60,906 bases of DNA from a virus (Duplodnaviria > Caudoviricetes), in IMG/VR virus record IMGVR_UViG_3300020414_000001, positions 1 through 60,906 of that record; one strand, given 5' to 3'. The notes beneath the pieces were generated by a model, which saw nothing but the letters and a program-made list of their open reading frames with translations, searched no databases and was not told the origin of the DNA. This document shows, in pieces, positions 25,090 through 34,452 of the stretch. The first letter of the stretch is position 1; each line of letters opens with the position of its first letter. A program made the translations under genes and the position numbers.

Positions 25090-27522
25090 ATGGCTGTTGA
25101 AAAACCACTTGCCCCCGTGGACATAGGCCCAAGACCTGTGGAGACACCAGAGGAAAACAAAGTAGAAGTCGAGGTTGTTAACCCAGAGGCTGTATCCATA
25201 GAAACACCAGACGGTGGAATGATAATTGATTTTGGAAAAGATGAAGAAGAAGCTACAGCTGGCTTTGATTCAAACTTGGCAGAGTTTATTGAAGATGATG
25301 AGCTGGATAAATTAGCTAATGAATTGTTGTCTAATTTTAAATCAGACCAACAATCCAGAGACGAGTGGGCAAAAAGCTATGTCAAAGGACTTGACTTATT
25401 GGGAATGAAGATAGAAGAAAGACAGCAACCTTGGGCAGGTTCCTCCGGAGTATTTCATCCAGTATTAACTGAGTCTATCGTGAGATTTCAAGCTCAGGCA
25501 ATGGGAGAGATATTCCCTGCTCAAGGACCAGTTAGAACTAAGACTGTTGGAAAAATATCAAGAGAAAAGACAGAACAGGCAAAGCGTGTTGAAGATGAAA
25601 TGAATTATCTCTTAACAGAAGAGATGACAGAATATCGTGACGAGACAGAGCAGATGCTCTTCAAGCTTCCTCTTGCAGGGTCAGCATTCAAAAAAGTCTA
25701 TTATGATCCTCTCTTAGAAAGACCCTGTGCAATGTTTGTCCCTGCGGAGGATTTTGTGGTTTCCTATGGCGCTTCAGATTTAATGACTTGTGAAAGGTAT
25801 ACTCATGTCATGAAGAAGACACAGAACGAAGTCTTAAAACTACAGAATAATGGATTCTATCGTGATACTGATCTACCAGAACCAGAGCCAGAGTATTCTG
25901 ACATACAAGAAAAATATGATGACCTTGATGGTGAGTCAGCAACATTAGAAGATGATGACAGACACACTCTTTTGGAAATGCACACAGACATAGAATTACC
26001 AGAACCTTTCCAAGAAGAAGACGGCATAGCAAGACCTTATGTTGTTACGATAGAAAAGTCATCTAGAACTATATTATCAATTAGGAGAAACTTTTATGAA
26101 GATGACGAGAAGAAAAAGAAAAGGCAATTTTTCGTTCATTACAAATATCTTCCGGGGCTTGGCTTCTATGGCACGGGCCTCATACACCTCATTGGCGGAC
26201 TTGCTAAAAGCGCTACAAGTATTCTTCGTCAACTTATTGATGCTGGTACTTTATCTAATTTACCGGCTGGTCTTAAAGCTAGGGGTCTTCGCATCAAAGG
26301 GGATGATTCGCCTCTCATGCCGGGTGAGTTCCGTGACGTTGACGTACCGGGTGGTGCAATTCGTGACGCTATTACTTTCATTCCTTACAAGGAGCCGAGT
26401 TCCGTCTTGTACCAATTACTCCAAAATATCGTTGACGAGGGGAGAAGGATTGGCTCCGTTGCAGATATACAAGTTGGAGACATCAACGCGCAAGCGCCAG
26501 TAGGAACAACACTTGCTCTTATGGAGCGTTCTATGAAAGTTATGTCTGGTGTTCAGGCCCGCCTTCATGCCGCGCTAAAGAAAGAGCTTAGGTTGTTAAG
26601 TTTTGTTGTAAGAGATTTTATGGGTCCAGAATACGCCTATGAGATGGAAGGTGATTTTTCTAGGCTAAAAGATTTTGACGACAGGGTTGATGTAATACCT
26701 GTGTCTGATCCAAATGCTGCAACTATGTCTCAGCGTATTATGCAATACCAAAGTGCATTGCAGTTAGCGCAACAAGCGCCACAGCTTTATGATATGGGAA
26801 AGTTGCACAGACAGATGCTAGAGGTTTTAGGGATAGATCAGGCAAAAGAAATAATAAAACTTCCTGATGAGATAAAGCCTGCTGATCCAGTAACAGAAAA
26901 TATGGCAATGTTAAAACAAGAGCCAGTGAAAGCATTTAAATATCAAGATCATGAGGCGCATATACAGGTGCATATGGCAGCAATGGAAGACCCAAAGCTT
27001 AGAGAGATTGTAGGACAGTCACCATTTGCCTCTGCTATACAGGCGGCCATGACTGCGCATGTAACTGAACATGTTGCGTTTCAGTACAGAAAAGAAATAG
27101 AAGAGAGGCTTGGTGTTCCAATGCCAGATGAAGAGAAGCCTTTGCCAGAAGATGTGGAAGAAGAGCTTTCTAGAGTTACTGCTGAAGCTGCATCAAAGTT
27201 ATTGCAAAAGAATACAAAGGAAGCACAAGAGCAAGAACAAAAGAAACAAGAGCAAGATCCTCTAACTCAAATTCAAAGAAAAGAGCTTGAGATAAAGGAA
27301 ACAGAGCTACAGCATAAGATGGCAATGGATAAAGCGAAGCTTGAGTTAGAGAAAATGAAAGCTGAAACAAGTGAAGATGTTCAGATGGAAAGAATTAAAT
27401 CTGAAAACAAAAGAGAAGGTGCGAGACTTGCTGTAGATATGGCAAAAGAAAAAAATAAAATGACTAAAGAAGGCGTTGAACTAGCAATGGATGTGGCAGA
27501 AAAGATGAGTGATAATGCGTAA
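25090..27522 (+). CDS. Portal protein
   Basis: 810 aa after terL; LPLAGSAFKKVYYD, GFYGTGLIH motifs; coiled-coil C-terminus. Confidence 0.9.
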   Translation: MAVEKPLAPVDIGPRPVETPEENKVEVEVVNPEAVSIETPDGGMIIDFGKDEEEATAGFDSNLAEFIEDDELDKLANELLSNFKSDQQSRDEWAKSYVKGLDLLGMKIEERQQPWAGSSGVFHPVLTESIVRFQAQAMGEIFPAQGPVRTKTVGKISREKTEQAKRVEDEMNYLLTEEMTEYRDETEQMLFKLPLAGSAFKKVYYDPLLERPCAMFVPAEDFVVSYGASDLMTCERYTHVMKKTQNEVLKLQNNGFYRDTDLPEPEPEYSDIQEKYDDLDGESATLEDDDRHTLLEMHTDIELPEPFQEEDGIARPYVVTIEKSSRTILSIRRNFYEDDEKKKKRQFFVHYKYLPGLGFYGTGLIHLIGGLAKSATSILRQLIDAGTLSNLPAGLKARGLRIKGDDSPLMPGEFRDVDVPGGAIRDAITFIPYKEPSSVLYQLLQNIVDEGRRIGSVADIQVGDINAQAPVGTTLALMERSMKVMSGVQARLHAALKKELRLLSFVVRDFMGPEYAYEMEGDFSRLKDFDDRVDVIPVSDPNAATMSQRIMQYQSALQLAQQAPQLYDMGKLHRQMLEVLGIDQAKEIIKLPDEIKPADPVTENMAMLKQEPVKAFKYQDHEAHIQVHMAAMEDPKLREIVGQSPFASAIQAAMTAHVTEHVAFQYRKEIEERLGVPMPDEEKPLPEDVEEELSRVTAEAASKLLQKNTKEAQEQEQKKQEQDPLTQIQRKELEIKETELQHKMAMDKAKLELEKMKAETSEDVQMERIKSENKREGARLAVDMAKEKNKMTKEGVELAMDVAEKMSDNA

Positions 27523-27706
27523 CGAGACGATTTACACACCTATTTTAAAAAAAATTAAAGAAGAAAAAGAAGCTGTAACCATTCATATGGCAAACGGAAG
27601 GCCAAAAAATTTTGAAGAATATCAAAGACTTGTGGGAAGAATTGAAGGATTAAATTTTCTTGAAGATGAAATTTTAGGTCTTGAGAAAAAATTTATTGAA
27701 GATTAG
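27515..27706 (+). CDS. Hypothetical protein
   Basis: FEEY..LVG.I.GL motif; lies between portal and groES. Confidence 0.75.
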   Translation: MRNETIYTPILKKIKEEKEAVTIHMANGRPKNFEEYQRLVGRIEGLNFLEDEILGLEKKFIED

Positions 27707-27746
27707 GGGGTTACAAAATGTCAAGTGGGGTGTATAGTTAAAATTA

Positions 27747-27805
27747 GGCTAGTATGTCTAGCCCGGGAATAACCCCGCATGGTAACGGTGAGCCATAATC
27801 ACTGC
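27747..27805 (+). promoter_or_regulatory. Structured leader (two hairpins + compact pseudoknot) upstream of groES
   Basis: GGCTAG/CTAGCC, CGGG/CCCG, interleaved AUGGU/GCCAU and CGGUGA/UCACUG. Confidence 0.45.
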
Positions 27806-27820
27806 AAAGAAGGAACAGGG

Positions 27821-28192
27821 ATGTACTCTGCACAAAAAGTAAATTACGAGGAAGAGTTTAAACTTAAACTACCTCGCCCCAAAGGATATAAGCTGTTAAT
27901 TGCTATTCCAAAGGTCGAAGAAAAAACAGACGCTGGTGTATATATGCCAGACACATTAACGAAAATGGAACAAACTGCATCAATAGTCGGTCTCGTTTTA
28001 GAGATGGGAGAAGATGCTTATGCTGATGAACAGAAGTTTCCGCATGGAGCTTATTGTAAAAAAGGCGATTTTGTTATCTTTAGGTCTTATTCTGGAACAA
28101 GATTTAAAGTAAAGAATGAGGAGTTTCGTTTAATTAATGATGACACTGTTGAGGCAGTTGTTGATGACCCAAGAGGATTTGTAAGAGCATGA
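27821..28192 (+). CDS. groES: Phage co-chaperonin GroES
   Basis: P.G.KLLI, KTDAGVYMP, GDFVIFRSYSGT, FRLINDD.VEAVV; ATG at 27821 follows AAGGA. Confidence 0.9.
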   Translation: MYSAQKVNYEEEFKLKLPRPKGYKLLIAIPKVEEKTDAGVYMPDTLTKMEQTASIVGLVLEMGEDAYADEQKFPHGAYCKKGDFVIFRSYSGTRFKVKNEEFRLINDDTVEAVVDDPRGFVRA

Positions 28193-29151
28193 ATGAAAAC
28201 ACAGCACAAAAATTAGAAAATGAAGTTAGCGAAGAGCAACTTGATTTAGAGGTGGAGGTTATAGATGATACTCCAGATGAAGACAAAAATAAAACAAGGA
28301 ACGAAAGTGCTCCAAAGGATAATATTCCAGAAGATGAGGAAATTAAAAATTATTCTGAAGATGTACAAAAGAGAATTAAGAAACTTAAATATGAGTTTCA
28401 TGAAGAAAGAAGAGCTAAAGAAGCGGCTGAAAGAACTCAAGAAGAAGCTGTTAACAGGCTTGAAAAAATTCTTCAAGAAAACAAAAAGTTAAGAAAAACC
28501 CTTGACGATGGAGAGGGTGTCTTGGTTGAGCAGGCCAAGAAAAGAGTGGGCGCAGAAATAGAAGCCGCAAAGAAAGAATATAAAGAGGCATATGAATCCG
28601 GAGATTCAGACAAGATACTAGCTGCACAGGAGAAGTTGAACAGAGCGCAGAACGAGCAGTTTAAGGTTGAGTCTTATAGAGCTCCGGCACGGGAGGCTGA
28701 AACAGAAGTTTCCCCTTCTTCTAAAGAAAGTAAGCCTCCTGTACAAAAAAGACCTGAACCAACCACAGCTGATAAGTCATGGTTGGCAGATAATGATGAA
28801 TGGTTTAATAAACCCGGATACGAAGAAATGACTGGGTTTGCTTATGGAATACATGAAAAACTTGTTAAGGCTAAGATAAATCCTACATTAGAGCCTGATG
28901 AGTATTATAAAAGAGTTGATGAAGGATTGCGAAAAGCATTTCCTGATTATTTTAACAAGCAGAACGTGGAAGAAAAAGAGGTTGATGCATCGCCACGAGC
29001 TGCTGGTACCGTGGTTGCCCCGGTTGACCGAAGTGCAAAAAAATCACGCAAAGTGCAATTAACCTCTACCCAAATCAGACTCGCAAACCGACTTGGGCTT
29101 ACCCCTGAACAATATGCGCAACAATTATTGAAGGAATCAACAAATGGCTGA
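28189..29151 (+). CDS. Putative capsid scaffolding protein
   Basis: Acidic coiled coil, VQKRIKKL, C-terminal LT..Q..LA.RLGL..EQYA; upstream of capsid genes. Confidence 0.7.
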   Translation: MNENTAQKLENEVSEEQLDLEVEVIDDTPDEDKNKTRNESAPKDNIPEDEEIKNYSEDVQKRIKKLKYEFHEERRAKEAAERTQEEAVNRLEKILQENKKLRKTLDDGEGVLVEQAKKRVGAEIEAAKKEYKEAYESGDSDKILAAQEKLNRAQNEQFKVESYRAPAREAETEVSPSSKESKPPVQKRPEPTTADKSWLADNDEWFNKPGYEEMTGFAYGIHEKLVKAKINPTLEPDEYYKRVDEGLRKAFPDYFNKQNVEEKEVDASPRAAGTVVAPVDRSAKKSRKVQLTSTQIRLANRLGLTPEQYAQQLLKESTNG

Positions 29152-29590
29152 TAATGTATTTGACAGAGAATCTAGAGAAACACAGACTAGAGAAGCAGAG
29201 AAAAGAAAAGTAACATGGCAAAAGCCATCTGCTTTACCTGACCCAGCACCCCAAGAAGGAGTTGAGTATCGTTGGATAAGAACATCTTCACTTGGTCAGA
29301 GTGACATGACTAATGTTTCATCTAAGTTTCGTGAAGGATGGGAGCCAGTTAAAATTGAAGATCATCCAGAACTTAAGATACTGCCTGATGTCGATTCAAA
29401 ATTCAAAGGTAATGTAGAGGTTGGAGGATTGTTACTTTGCAAAAACTCCAAAGAAAACATGGGCGCCAGAAGAGATTATCAGAAAGAGCAGGCAGATTCA
29501 CAGATGGCTGCTGTAGATAATAATTTCCTAAAGGAGTCCGATCCACGTATGCCCGTTCTCAAACCAGAGAAGAGCACACGCACTTCGTAA
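29144..29590 (+). CDS. Conserved head-module protein
   Basis: YRWIR, REGWEPV, VGGLLL motifs. Confidence 0.7.
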   Translation: MADNVFDRESRETQTREAEKRKVTWQKPSALPDPAPQEGVEYRWIRTSSLGQSDMTNVSSKFREGWEPVKIEDHPELKILPDVDSKFKGNVEVGGLLLCKNSKENMGARRDYQKEQADSQMAAVDNNFLKESDPRMPVLKPEKSTRTS

Positions 29591-29617
29591 TGTAATTTTA
29601 ATTTTAAGGAGACAATT

Positions 29618-30220
29618 ATGTCAGCAACAGCAGCTCCTTTTGGATTAAGACCAGTAGGTAATCTTGGTGGAACTTACAACGGTTCGTTTCGTCAATATCC
29701 TATATTGAGTACTTATACAACAAGGATATGCTTCGGGGATATCGTCAAGTTAGTCGATGCCGGAAGCACAACTACTATTGAGAAAGATGCTGGAACATCA
29801 GCAGCAACACCAATAGGAATATTTTTAGGGTGCAGATTTATAGACGTCAGCACTAAACAATTAACATTTAGCCAGCAGTGGTCTGGAGCAGCTCATACAG
29901 AAGGAATGGCTTATGTATGTGATGATCCAAACGTATTGTTTGAAATTCAAGCAGACGGAACTGTAAATGATGACGACATTGGAGCAAACGTTGAGTTAGA
30001 GCAAAATGCTTCAAGTGCGACATTTGGTTTATCAAGAGTGGCATTAGACATCAGCACAGCCGCCAATACAGCATCTTTACCAGTGCGTATAGTTGACTTT
30101 AAAGGTGGATTTGATGGTGATGAAAAGGGTACAGCTTTCCCAATAATGATTTGTAAGTTTAACACAGGTCATCAGATGGGTGTTGGTGTTGTATCTGGTA
30201 ACGCCCCATCATCAGCTTAA
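29618..30220 (+). CDS. Putative capsid decoration/minor head protein
   Basis: APFGLRPV start, DDPN.LFEIQAD; directly before the major capsid gene. Confidence 0.65.
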   Translation: MSATAAPFGLRPVGNLGGTYNGSFRQYPILSTYTTRICFGDIVKLVDAGSTTTIEKDAGTSAATPIGIFLGCRFIDVSTKQLTFSQQWSGAAHTEGMAYVCDDPNVLFEIQADGTVNDDDIGANVELEQNASSATFGLSRVALDISTAANTASLPVRIVDFKGGFDGDEKGTAFPIMICKFNTGHQMGVGVVSGNAPSSA

Positions 30221-30236
30221 TAAGGAGGATTAGATA

Positions 30237-31142
30237 ATGGCGATTTCAAGAGCTCAACTCCTTAAAGAGTTGTTACCGGGTTTAAACGCATTGTTTGGCT
30301 TGGAATATGAAAAGTATGAAGACGAACATACTCAGGTATATGAAGTAGAAAATTCAGAGCGTAGCTTTGAAGAAGAAGTGAAGTTATCTGGCTTTGGCGC
30401 AGCTCCTGTAAAGCAGGAAGGTGCATCAATTGAATATGATACTGCACAAGAGTCTTTTACTTCAAGGTATAACCATGAAACAGTTGCTATGGGCTTCTCA
30501 ATAACAGAAGAGGCAATGGAAGATAATCTTTATGATTCATTGTCAGCTCGTTATACAAAAGCACTAGCAAGAGCAATGGCTTATACTAAGCAGACAAAGG
30601 CTGCTTCATTACTCAACACAGGCTTTGATACATTTCAAAGTGGTGACGGAGTAACATTGTTTAACGCCTCTCACCCAACAGTGGCAGGTGGAACAAATGG
30701 AAACAGACCTTCAACAAATGCTGATTTAAATGAAACTTCACTTGAGCAAGCAGTGATTGATATAGCAGCTTACAAAGATGAAAGAGGCTTATTAATTGCA
30801 GCAAGACCAAGAAAGTTGATTGTGCCACCATCATTAATGTTTGTGGCTACAAGAATTTTACAATCAGATTTAAGAGTTGGAACTGCTGATAATGATACAA
30901 ATGCATTAAGAAGTAACGGTTCAATCCCAGAGGGATTTGCTGTTAATCACTACCTAACAGATACTGATGCATTTTTCTTAACAACAGATATTCCAAACGG
31001 ATTGAAGATGTTTGTAAGAACACCAATGTCTACATCAATGGATGGAGATTTCAACACAGGTAATGTAAGATACAAAGCCCGTGAGAGATATTCATTTGGT
31101 GTATCAGACCCTCTAGGTATCTACGGATCACCGGGAGCTTAA
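30237..31142 (+). CDS. Major capsid protein (Mu gpT-like, HK97 fold)
   Basis: MAISRAQLLKEL.PGLNALFG, ITEEAMEDNLY, LIVPP, YKARERYSFG; followed by a terminator. Confidence 0.92.
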   Translation: MAISRAQLLKELLPGLNALFGLEYEKYEDEHTQVYEVENSERSFEEEVKLSGFGAAPVKQEGASIEYDTAQESFTSRYNHETVAMGFSITEEAMEDNLYDSLSARYTKALARAMAYTKQTKAASLLNTGFDTFQSGDGVTLFNASHPTVAGGTNGNRPSTNADLNETSLEQAVIDIAAYKDERGLLIAARPRKLIVPPSLMFVATRILQSDLRVGTADNDTNALRSNGSIPEGFAVNHYLTDTDAFFLTTDIPNGLKMFVRTPMSTSMDGDFNTGNVRYKARERYSFGVSDPLGIYGSPGA

Positions 31143-31147
31143 ACTAT

Positions 31148-31169
31148 AAGGGGGCTTTGCCCCCTTTTT
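31148..31169 (+). terminator. Intrinsic terminator after the capsid gene
   Basis: AAGGGGGC-TTT-GCCCCCTT plus U-tail. Confidence 0.85.
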
Positions 31170-31171
31170 AA

Positions 31172-31207
31172 CCTTGACTGCGTAAGCAGACATTTGCCAA
31201 GACAAGG
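31172..31207 (+). ncRNA. Probable Mu-gpT-DE-type RNA element
   Basis: CCUUG/CAAGG outer stem covers the next RBS; inner CUGC-GUAA-GCAG; downstream of a gpT-like capsid gene. Confidence 0.5.
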
Positions 31208-31215
31208 AGATTTAC

Positions 31216-31701
31216 ATGGCTAATACTACTTTCTCAGGAGCAGTACGCTCTAAAAATGGGTTTAAATCTATTACAGAAAATGCAACAACAGGTGCATTAG
31301 TAAGTGACATGACCCTTTCCACATATACAGCTAATATAACTATTGCCGCATCAGGCACAGCTTTCAAAGAATCATCTATAGGAATACCAAGTAACTTTAT
31401 ACCTATGGGTGTGGCTATCACAGTAACTTCAGCAACAACAAACAATGTTAATATAAATGACATTGGTACAGATGCAGATACTGATGGATTTGTTGATGGT
31501 ATTTCAGCAGGACTAAACAGCACAGGATTTAAGGGATTCTTTCCATGTAATGGTGTTTTAGGAATGTCTGGAGGAACTACAACGGCAGCAACAGAAACAG
31601 CAGACGAAGTTGAGATGATTATTTCTGGAGCAGCAGGTGGCTCTGGTGGAGCTGTATCTTTAAAATTCTTTGGAATATCATCTAACTCACCAACTGCTTA
31701 A
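31216..31701 (+). CDS. Putative virion structural protein
   Basis: MANTTFSG.VRS..GF start; G/T/S-rich. Confidence 0.7.
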   Translation: MANTTFSGAVRSKNGFKSITENATTGALVSDMTLSTYTANITIAASGTAFKESSIGIPSNFIPMGVAITVTSATTNNVNINDIGTDADTDGFVDGISAGLNSTGFKGFFPCNGVLGMSGGTTTAATETADEVEMIISGAAGGSGGAVSLKFFGISSNSPTA

Positions 31702-31713
31702 TAGGAGGCTAAC

Positions 31714-31998
31714 ATGGCAGGTCGCTCAGATGTCAAAGCCTTTAACGTTAACCAAGGAGATAGCGCTGCTGTCTTAGGGCCAGCTAGGTCTAGAATAAGA
31801 CAAGTAGTAATATTTGGTAATGCAGCAGGAGTTCTCACCATTAAAGACGGTGATGGTGGTGCTGATCTATTGGTTCAAAGTTTTCCAACAGGCTTACATA
31901 CATTAAACATACCAGATCAAGGTATACTTGCAGAGAATGGTGCTTACATTCACGGGTTTACTGGTTCTGGTAATAAGTTAACTGTATTCTTATCATAA
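31714..31998 (+). CDS. Putative structural protein
   Basis: GGAGG RBS; beta-rich, IP..GI motif. Confidence 0.7.
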   Translation: MAGRSDVKAFNVNQGDSAAVLGPARSRIRQVVIFGNAAGVLTIKDGDGGADLLVQSFPTGLHTLNIPDQGILAENGAYIHGFTGSGNKLTVFLS

Positions 31999-32294
31999 TG
32001 GCTGAAAAGAAAAAAAGAGGCTCTATGAAAGGATACACCATCAAAGGTGGTCATAAACGCCCAACAAAATCAGGAGCGGGAATGACTGCCAAAGGTGTTG
32101 CTAAATATCGTAGAGAGAACCCCGGATCAAAGCTTAAAACTGCTGTAACTGGTAAAGTTAAAGCAGGCAGTAAAGCTGCGAAAAGGCGTAAATCCTTTTG
32201 TGCCAGAAGCGCAGGTCAGATGAAAAAGTTTCCGAAAGCAGCAAAAAATCCAAACAGCAGACTTAGACAGGCCCGCAGAAGGTGGAAGTGTTGA
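31998..32294 (+). CDS. Basic protein (DUF6321-like)
   Basis: AKRRKSFCARS, NSRLRQARRRWKC. Confidence 0.75.
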   Translation: MAEKKKRGSMKGYTIKGGHKRPTKSGAGMTAKGVAKYRRENPGSKLKTAVTGKVKAGSKAAKRRKSFCARSAGQMKKFPKAAKNPNSRLRQARRRWKC

Positions 32295-32665
32295 TTAGTC
32301 GTGCCACAATGAAAACTCAATTAAAGGGTAATAGAATGAAAAAGAAACCTGTTATGAAAAAAAATATGGGAAAGATGTTAGAAACATTATCCCCCGTTTA
32401 TAGTATTGCAAAAGGAAAAGGTCCAATGAGTCAACTTGCATCAGCGGGTGGCTTAGGCTTAGTTCCTGCAATGGTCGCAAGGCCACAAAGAAAAAAAGCT
32501 AAAGCTCGTAAGTCAGCAAGAATGGCCGCTGCATCATCTCAAATGCCTAGTCCATCAGCAGGAATGGGAATGCAAGAAATGAATAAAATGGCAATGGGCG
32601 GAAAAGTGAAAAGAAAAAAATCTATAGATGGTATAGCTATGAGAGGCAAAACCAGAGCTGTATAA
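32282..32665 (+). CDS. Basic protein with MxxGG motif
   Basis: K/M-rich; MAMGGKV and DGIAMRGKT; start uncertain. Confidence 0.7.
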   Translation: MEVLISRATMKTQLKGNRMKKKPVMKKNMGKMLETLSPVYSIAKGKGPMSQLASAGGLGLVPAMVARPQRKKAKARKSARMAAASSQMPSPSAGMGMQEMNKMAMGGKVKRKKSIDGIAMRGKTRAV

Positions 32666-32668
32666 ATC

Positions 32669-32923
32669 ATGCGTAATTATAAAAAAGAATATAAAAATTA
32701 TCATGGCAAAACAGAACAGAAGAAAAAGAGAGCTTCTAGAAATACAGCAAGAGCTAGAATGATTAAAGCTGGTAAAGTTTCTAAAGGTGACAGTAAAGAC
32801 GTAACGCATAGAAATGGTAACCCAAAAGATAATAAAAAGAAAAATCTTGGAGTAGCATCTAAGTCTAAGAATAGATCATATGCTAGAACAAGAACAGCAA
32901 AGAAAGTAAATAGGAGAGCTTAA
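32669..32923 (+). CDS. HNH-like basic protein
   Basis: RNYKKEY, RASRNTAR, KDVTH.NGNP.DN..NL.V...S.NRS. Confidence 0.7.
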   Translation: MRNYKKEYKNYHGKTEQKKKRASRNTARARMIKAGKVSKGDSKDVTHRNGNPKDNKKKNLGVASKSKNRSYARTRTAKKVNRRA

Positions 32924-33330
32924 TGAAAAAGCCAATAAGATTAAAATCAGGTGGATTTATGTCATCAGGAACAGATGCTGGTGATTTAGCAATATTAAGA
33001 ACTGCTAAAAATATAGATGACGGATCTGGTATGAAGGCAGGTGGCCCTGTAAAGTCTAAGTTGAAAAAAGTTATTAGTGGCTTAAAGAAAGCATCAAAAA
33101 CTCATGCCGGACAAGCAAAAACTTTAGAAACAATAAAGATGAAAAAGGGTGGTAAAACTAAAAGCAGAGTTAATGAAGCTGGTAATTACACCAAACCCGG
33201 ACTAAGAAAAAGAATATTTAATAGAATAAAAGCTGGTGGCAAGGGTGGAAGACCCGGTCAGTGGAGTGCTAGAAAGGCTCAAATGATGGCTAAGGCTTAC
33301 AAAAAAGCAGGCGGAGGTTATAAGAGCTAA
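32923..33330 (+). CDS. Basic protein with repeated xxGG motifs
   Basis: NYTKPGLRKR, GQWSARKAQ..A..YKK.GGGY. Confidence 0.75.
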   Translation: MKKPIRLKSGGFMSSGTDAGDLAILRTAKNIDDGSGMKAGGPVKSKLKKVISGLKKASKTHAGQAKTLETIKMKKGGKTKSRVNEAGNYTKPGLRKRIFNRIKAGGKGGRPGQWSARKAQMMAKAYKKAGGGYKS

Positions 33331-33815
33331 TGTTAGACCCGGCCTCAATTGGCATAGCCATTACAGCCGCTAATACGGCCTTCAACGCAATCAAACGCGG
33401 ATTTGCAGCAGGTCGTGAAATTGAGTCTATGGGGAAAGACCTCTCACGCTGGATGGGTGCGGTTTCAGATGTTGAGAATACAGAGAAGTCAGCGAAGAAA
33501 GCTTCACCATTAATGAAATTATTTAAAGGAAGAGAAATAGAAGCTAGTGCAATAGAGGCTTTTACTGCAAAAAAGAAACTAGAAGCGCAAAGACAAGAGC
33601 TAAAATCATTTATAAATTTTCACTATGGAGCTAATTCTTGGAATGAAATCCTCCAAATGGAAGCCGAGATAAGAAAGAAGAGACAAAAAGAAATATATGA
33701 GAGACAAGAGCTAATTAGAAAAATATGGGAGTATATTGGCTGGTTTATGCTGTTTTGTACTGTTGTAGGGTTTATAATATTTTTAGCTTGGATATACAAA
33801 GAGAATAGAAGATGA
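33330..33815 (+). CDS. Membrane-anchored hypothetical protein
   Basis: MLDP.SI start, coiled coil, C-terminal TM. Confidence 0.75.
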   Translation: MLDPASIGIAITAANTAFNAIKRGFAAGREIESMGKDLSRWMGAVSDVENTEKSAKKASPLMKLFKGREIEASAIEAFTAKKKLEAQRQELKSFINFHYGANSWNEILQMEAEIRKKRQKEIYERQELIRKIWEYIGWFMLFCTVVGFIIFLAWIYKENRR

Positions 33816-34132
33816 GACAGAAGAAACTACAAAAATCATCCAAGTATAGTCAGTACGATATTGATAATGACGGCATAGTTAGTGACGAAGAATTTGAGCA
33901 CATGGCTGAAATTAAGAGGTTAGAACATGATTTACGAAAGCAAAGGGCGCAAAGACGTATGGCGACAGCTAGTTTGGTTGCAATGGCTTCTTTTACTATT
34001 GCAATGTTCTTGGTCGATCTCGAGAGAGTTAAAGCACTTTCCGATATTAGCAATCTTTTTTATATCACTGGGGGTGGCATTGTGGCTGCATATATGGGCG
34101 CCAGTGCTATAATGAACAGGAATGGTAAATAA
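33812..34132 (+). CDS. EF-hand-like, 2-TM membrane protein
   Basis: DIDNDGIVSDEE loop; two TMs; IVAAYMG. Confidence 0.7.
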   Translation: MRQKKLQKSSKYSQYDIDNDGIVSDEEFEHMAEIKRLEHDLRKQRAQRRMATASLVAMASFTIAMFLVDLERVKALSDISNLFYITGGGIVAAYMGASAIMNRNGK

Positions 34133-34417
34133 ATGGCTAGAAAAGACCCAAAGGTTGGCACAGGCAAAAAGCCTAAAGGTTCTGGAAGAAGACTCTATAC
34201 TGACGAAAATCCAAAAGATACTGTTAAGATTAAGTATGCAACTGTTGCTGATGCTCGTGCAACAGCTAGAAAAGTTAAGAATGTTAATAAACCTTTCGCT
34301 AGAAAAATTCAAATTCTTACTGTCATGGAGCAAAGAGCTAAGGTTTCTGGTAAAAAAGAACAAGCAGCAATTGCTAAAAGGGCTAAAGAATCTTTACGGA
34401 GGCAAAGAAAAAGATGA
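34133..34417 (+). CDS. Basic hypothetical protein
   Basis: GTGKKPKGSGRRLYTDENPKDTV. Confidence 0.75.
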   Translation: MARKDPKVGTGKKPKGSGRRLYTDENPKDTVKIKYATVADARATARKVKNVNKPFARKIQILTVMEQRAKVSGKKEQAAIAKRAKESLRRQRKR

Positions 34418-34452
34418 CTAGTGTTATAACTTATTTATTGGTATAGTTAGTA

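Noticed and set aside
34122-34421. Alternative-frame ORF overlapping 34133-34417
   Set aside because: The 34133 frame has the recognisable motif and abuts the previous stop; this one looks like a shadow frame.
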